The translations under genes and the position numbers were made by a program. A model generated the notes under the pieces. The model did no database searches. It worked only from the letters and a program-made list of their open reading frames with translations, and was not told where the DNA came from. From assembly GCA_905178155.1 (NCBI GenBank), contig CAJINV010000004.1, positions 2,184,391-2,248,390 of the forward strand: a stretch of 64,000 nt of DNA, read 5' to 3'. The stretch is from Amoebophrya sp. A120. Lineage: Eukaryota; Protista; Dinoflagellata. Positions 62,801 through 64,000 of this stretch are shown piece after piece. Every line of letters starts with the position of its first letter. The first letter of the stretch is position 1.

Positions 62801-63515
62801 GTTTATTTTTGGGAGCCAAAACGCATGACAAGTTCCTTTCTGCAGGTGCAGCGTAGCCAGGAGAGCCGCATCGCAAAGCCATCAGCTGGCACTGTTTTAT
62901 AAATACGGCATCTCGACGTCAAAATCAGAAACATCACGAAAAGAAAGCCTCTCGTAAGGAGGATAGATACCTACGCATGACAAGTCTCTTTTTGTAGGTT
63001 GATGCAAAAATTCTGCATGACAACGCTGGTGAGGTGGGGGCGTTTTTACGCCGGATAACCTGCCACCACTACTTGAACACCTGTCCCTTTCAAACTTCGC
63101 GAACGATCCGAGCAGAGGAGGCACTGTTGATCACGTTAGCAAACTACGCATCGCAAATATCGATTTGGGTCTCCTGCGAAAACAAGTTGTCAGACACTTG
63201 TCATGCAATTTTTGCATAATTTGGTGCAAGATGAAATGTGGATGCACGACACAAAGCATGATAACAAATCCTCCGGCGGAGGCCTGTTCATCATACCCAG
63301 TGGTCCCCACGGGAAGCACCTCCCCGGGGGAAGCACCTCCCTCTCGTAGAGGAGGTAACCGCTGCGCATCTTTCTTTTAGGCAATGCAAATTGATTTTGC
63401 CTGTCCTCCTTCGAAGAAAACAATCCACATCTTAATTTCGTAAAATAGTTATTTTTCCGGACCCAGATCGATATTTGCATTGGATACAACTTTAGACCGC
63501 TTCTTGGACAAGTGA
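59882..63515 (+). CDS. SPOUT1: SPOUT-domain RNA methyltransferase (C9orf114/CENP-32 family); ~8 TIR introns
   Basis: TLSVALPASIVANAQSHELRSYLVAQIARALTI|YGVDEVV, LQYLETPQYLRK, PLDAPHH, GLYWGY, LGTSERG, NTCPFQTSRTIRAEEALLITL. Introns include 60138-60401, 60470-60729, 61302-61580, 61883-62151, 62246-62393, 62479-62725, 63145-63486. Confidence 0.92.
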
Positions 63516-64000
63516 TTTTGTTTCGTCTGTTGGCGGAACCTCTCCATTGGGGATGACGGAAGCCGTGCAAAAATACTTACCACAGCATCAGTTCTCGGCT
63601 GGTCGCGCCCGAAATCGGACGAAAAACGTCTTTAGTAAAATGCTGTTGCACAGTTTGATGGACAAAAACTTCTCGCAAAATGACCAAGAAGTTCTTGTGC
63701 TGGGCCTCGCGTGGCGTTCCGAGACAAAAGGATGTTCTGCTCCCGGGCTAGCGCACGTGTCTGTCTTTCGGCGGGTGGGGTGCTCTGTTCTCATCGTGGA
63801 AACGCCAGGGCTCATCTTTTTTTTTTTGTGCTTTTCCAAAGTTCGAGATCATGATGAAGCGAAGAGAAGCTGCTCCGAAAACTCATTTTTATCGGTTTTT
63901 TTAATCCCCGCTCTCCTGTGATACTGGTTCTCTGATAAATACCTAAAATTTACTGTTCGTATTTTCGAGAAAAGAAAAACCTCGTGTTCGGAAGTGACTG

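Noticed and set aside
11339-63486. Interpreting the terminal TA as a Tc1/mariner TA TSD or a ciliate TA-IES boundary
   Set aside because: The TA is part of the inverted repeat. A separate 5-bp duplication lies outside it, and frames are restored by removing both TAs plus 5 nt.
12758-63570. Many short ORFs sharing peptides such as MSGSGR, LPDPDIF, FQTQTFLHL, ILCKNVPTP, IWGGGIF
   Set aside because: They are translations of the introner TIRs, not a protein family.
1-64000. tRNA, rRNA or dinoflagellate spliced-leader relics
   Set aside because: None recognised by eye; a covariance-model search would be needed to exclude them.

Overview
Eukaryotic genomic DNA. The architecture resembles the marine parasitic dinoflagellate Amoebophrya (Syndiniales); that taxon assignment is inference. 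From ~9.7 kb to the end, all recognisable host genes lie on the + strand: an LtrA-family membrane protein, a bacterial-type BNR/Asp-box sialidase-family protein, an Arp3-like actin-related protein, an EF-hand protein, RPS3, a HOP2-like protein, a C2/coiled-coil protein, a giant low-complexity protein, a membrane-anchored Nudix hydrolase and SPOUT1. The dominant feature is roughly 70 (counted by eye) short elements, mostly 150-340 bp, that interrupt these genes. They fall into at least 7 sequence families. All run approximately TAT...ATA, have terminal inverted repeats (TIRs) and a 5-bp target-site duplication (TSD), and lack GT-AG ends. Removing the element plus exactly 5 nt restored the reading frame wherever both ends could be resolved, including copies whose TSD has decayed, so they behave as non-canonical introns (introners). 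All families share an internal TGTNATGC/GCATNACA motif and at least three families occur in both orientations. RPS3 has only canonical GT-AG introns. The left 6-7 kb is an intron-free, minus-strand, multi-ORF probable mobile element that includes a long -1-frame ORF missing from the ORF track. The region 12.3-14.2 kb is a patchwork of gene fragments joined at a repeated 45-nt motif.
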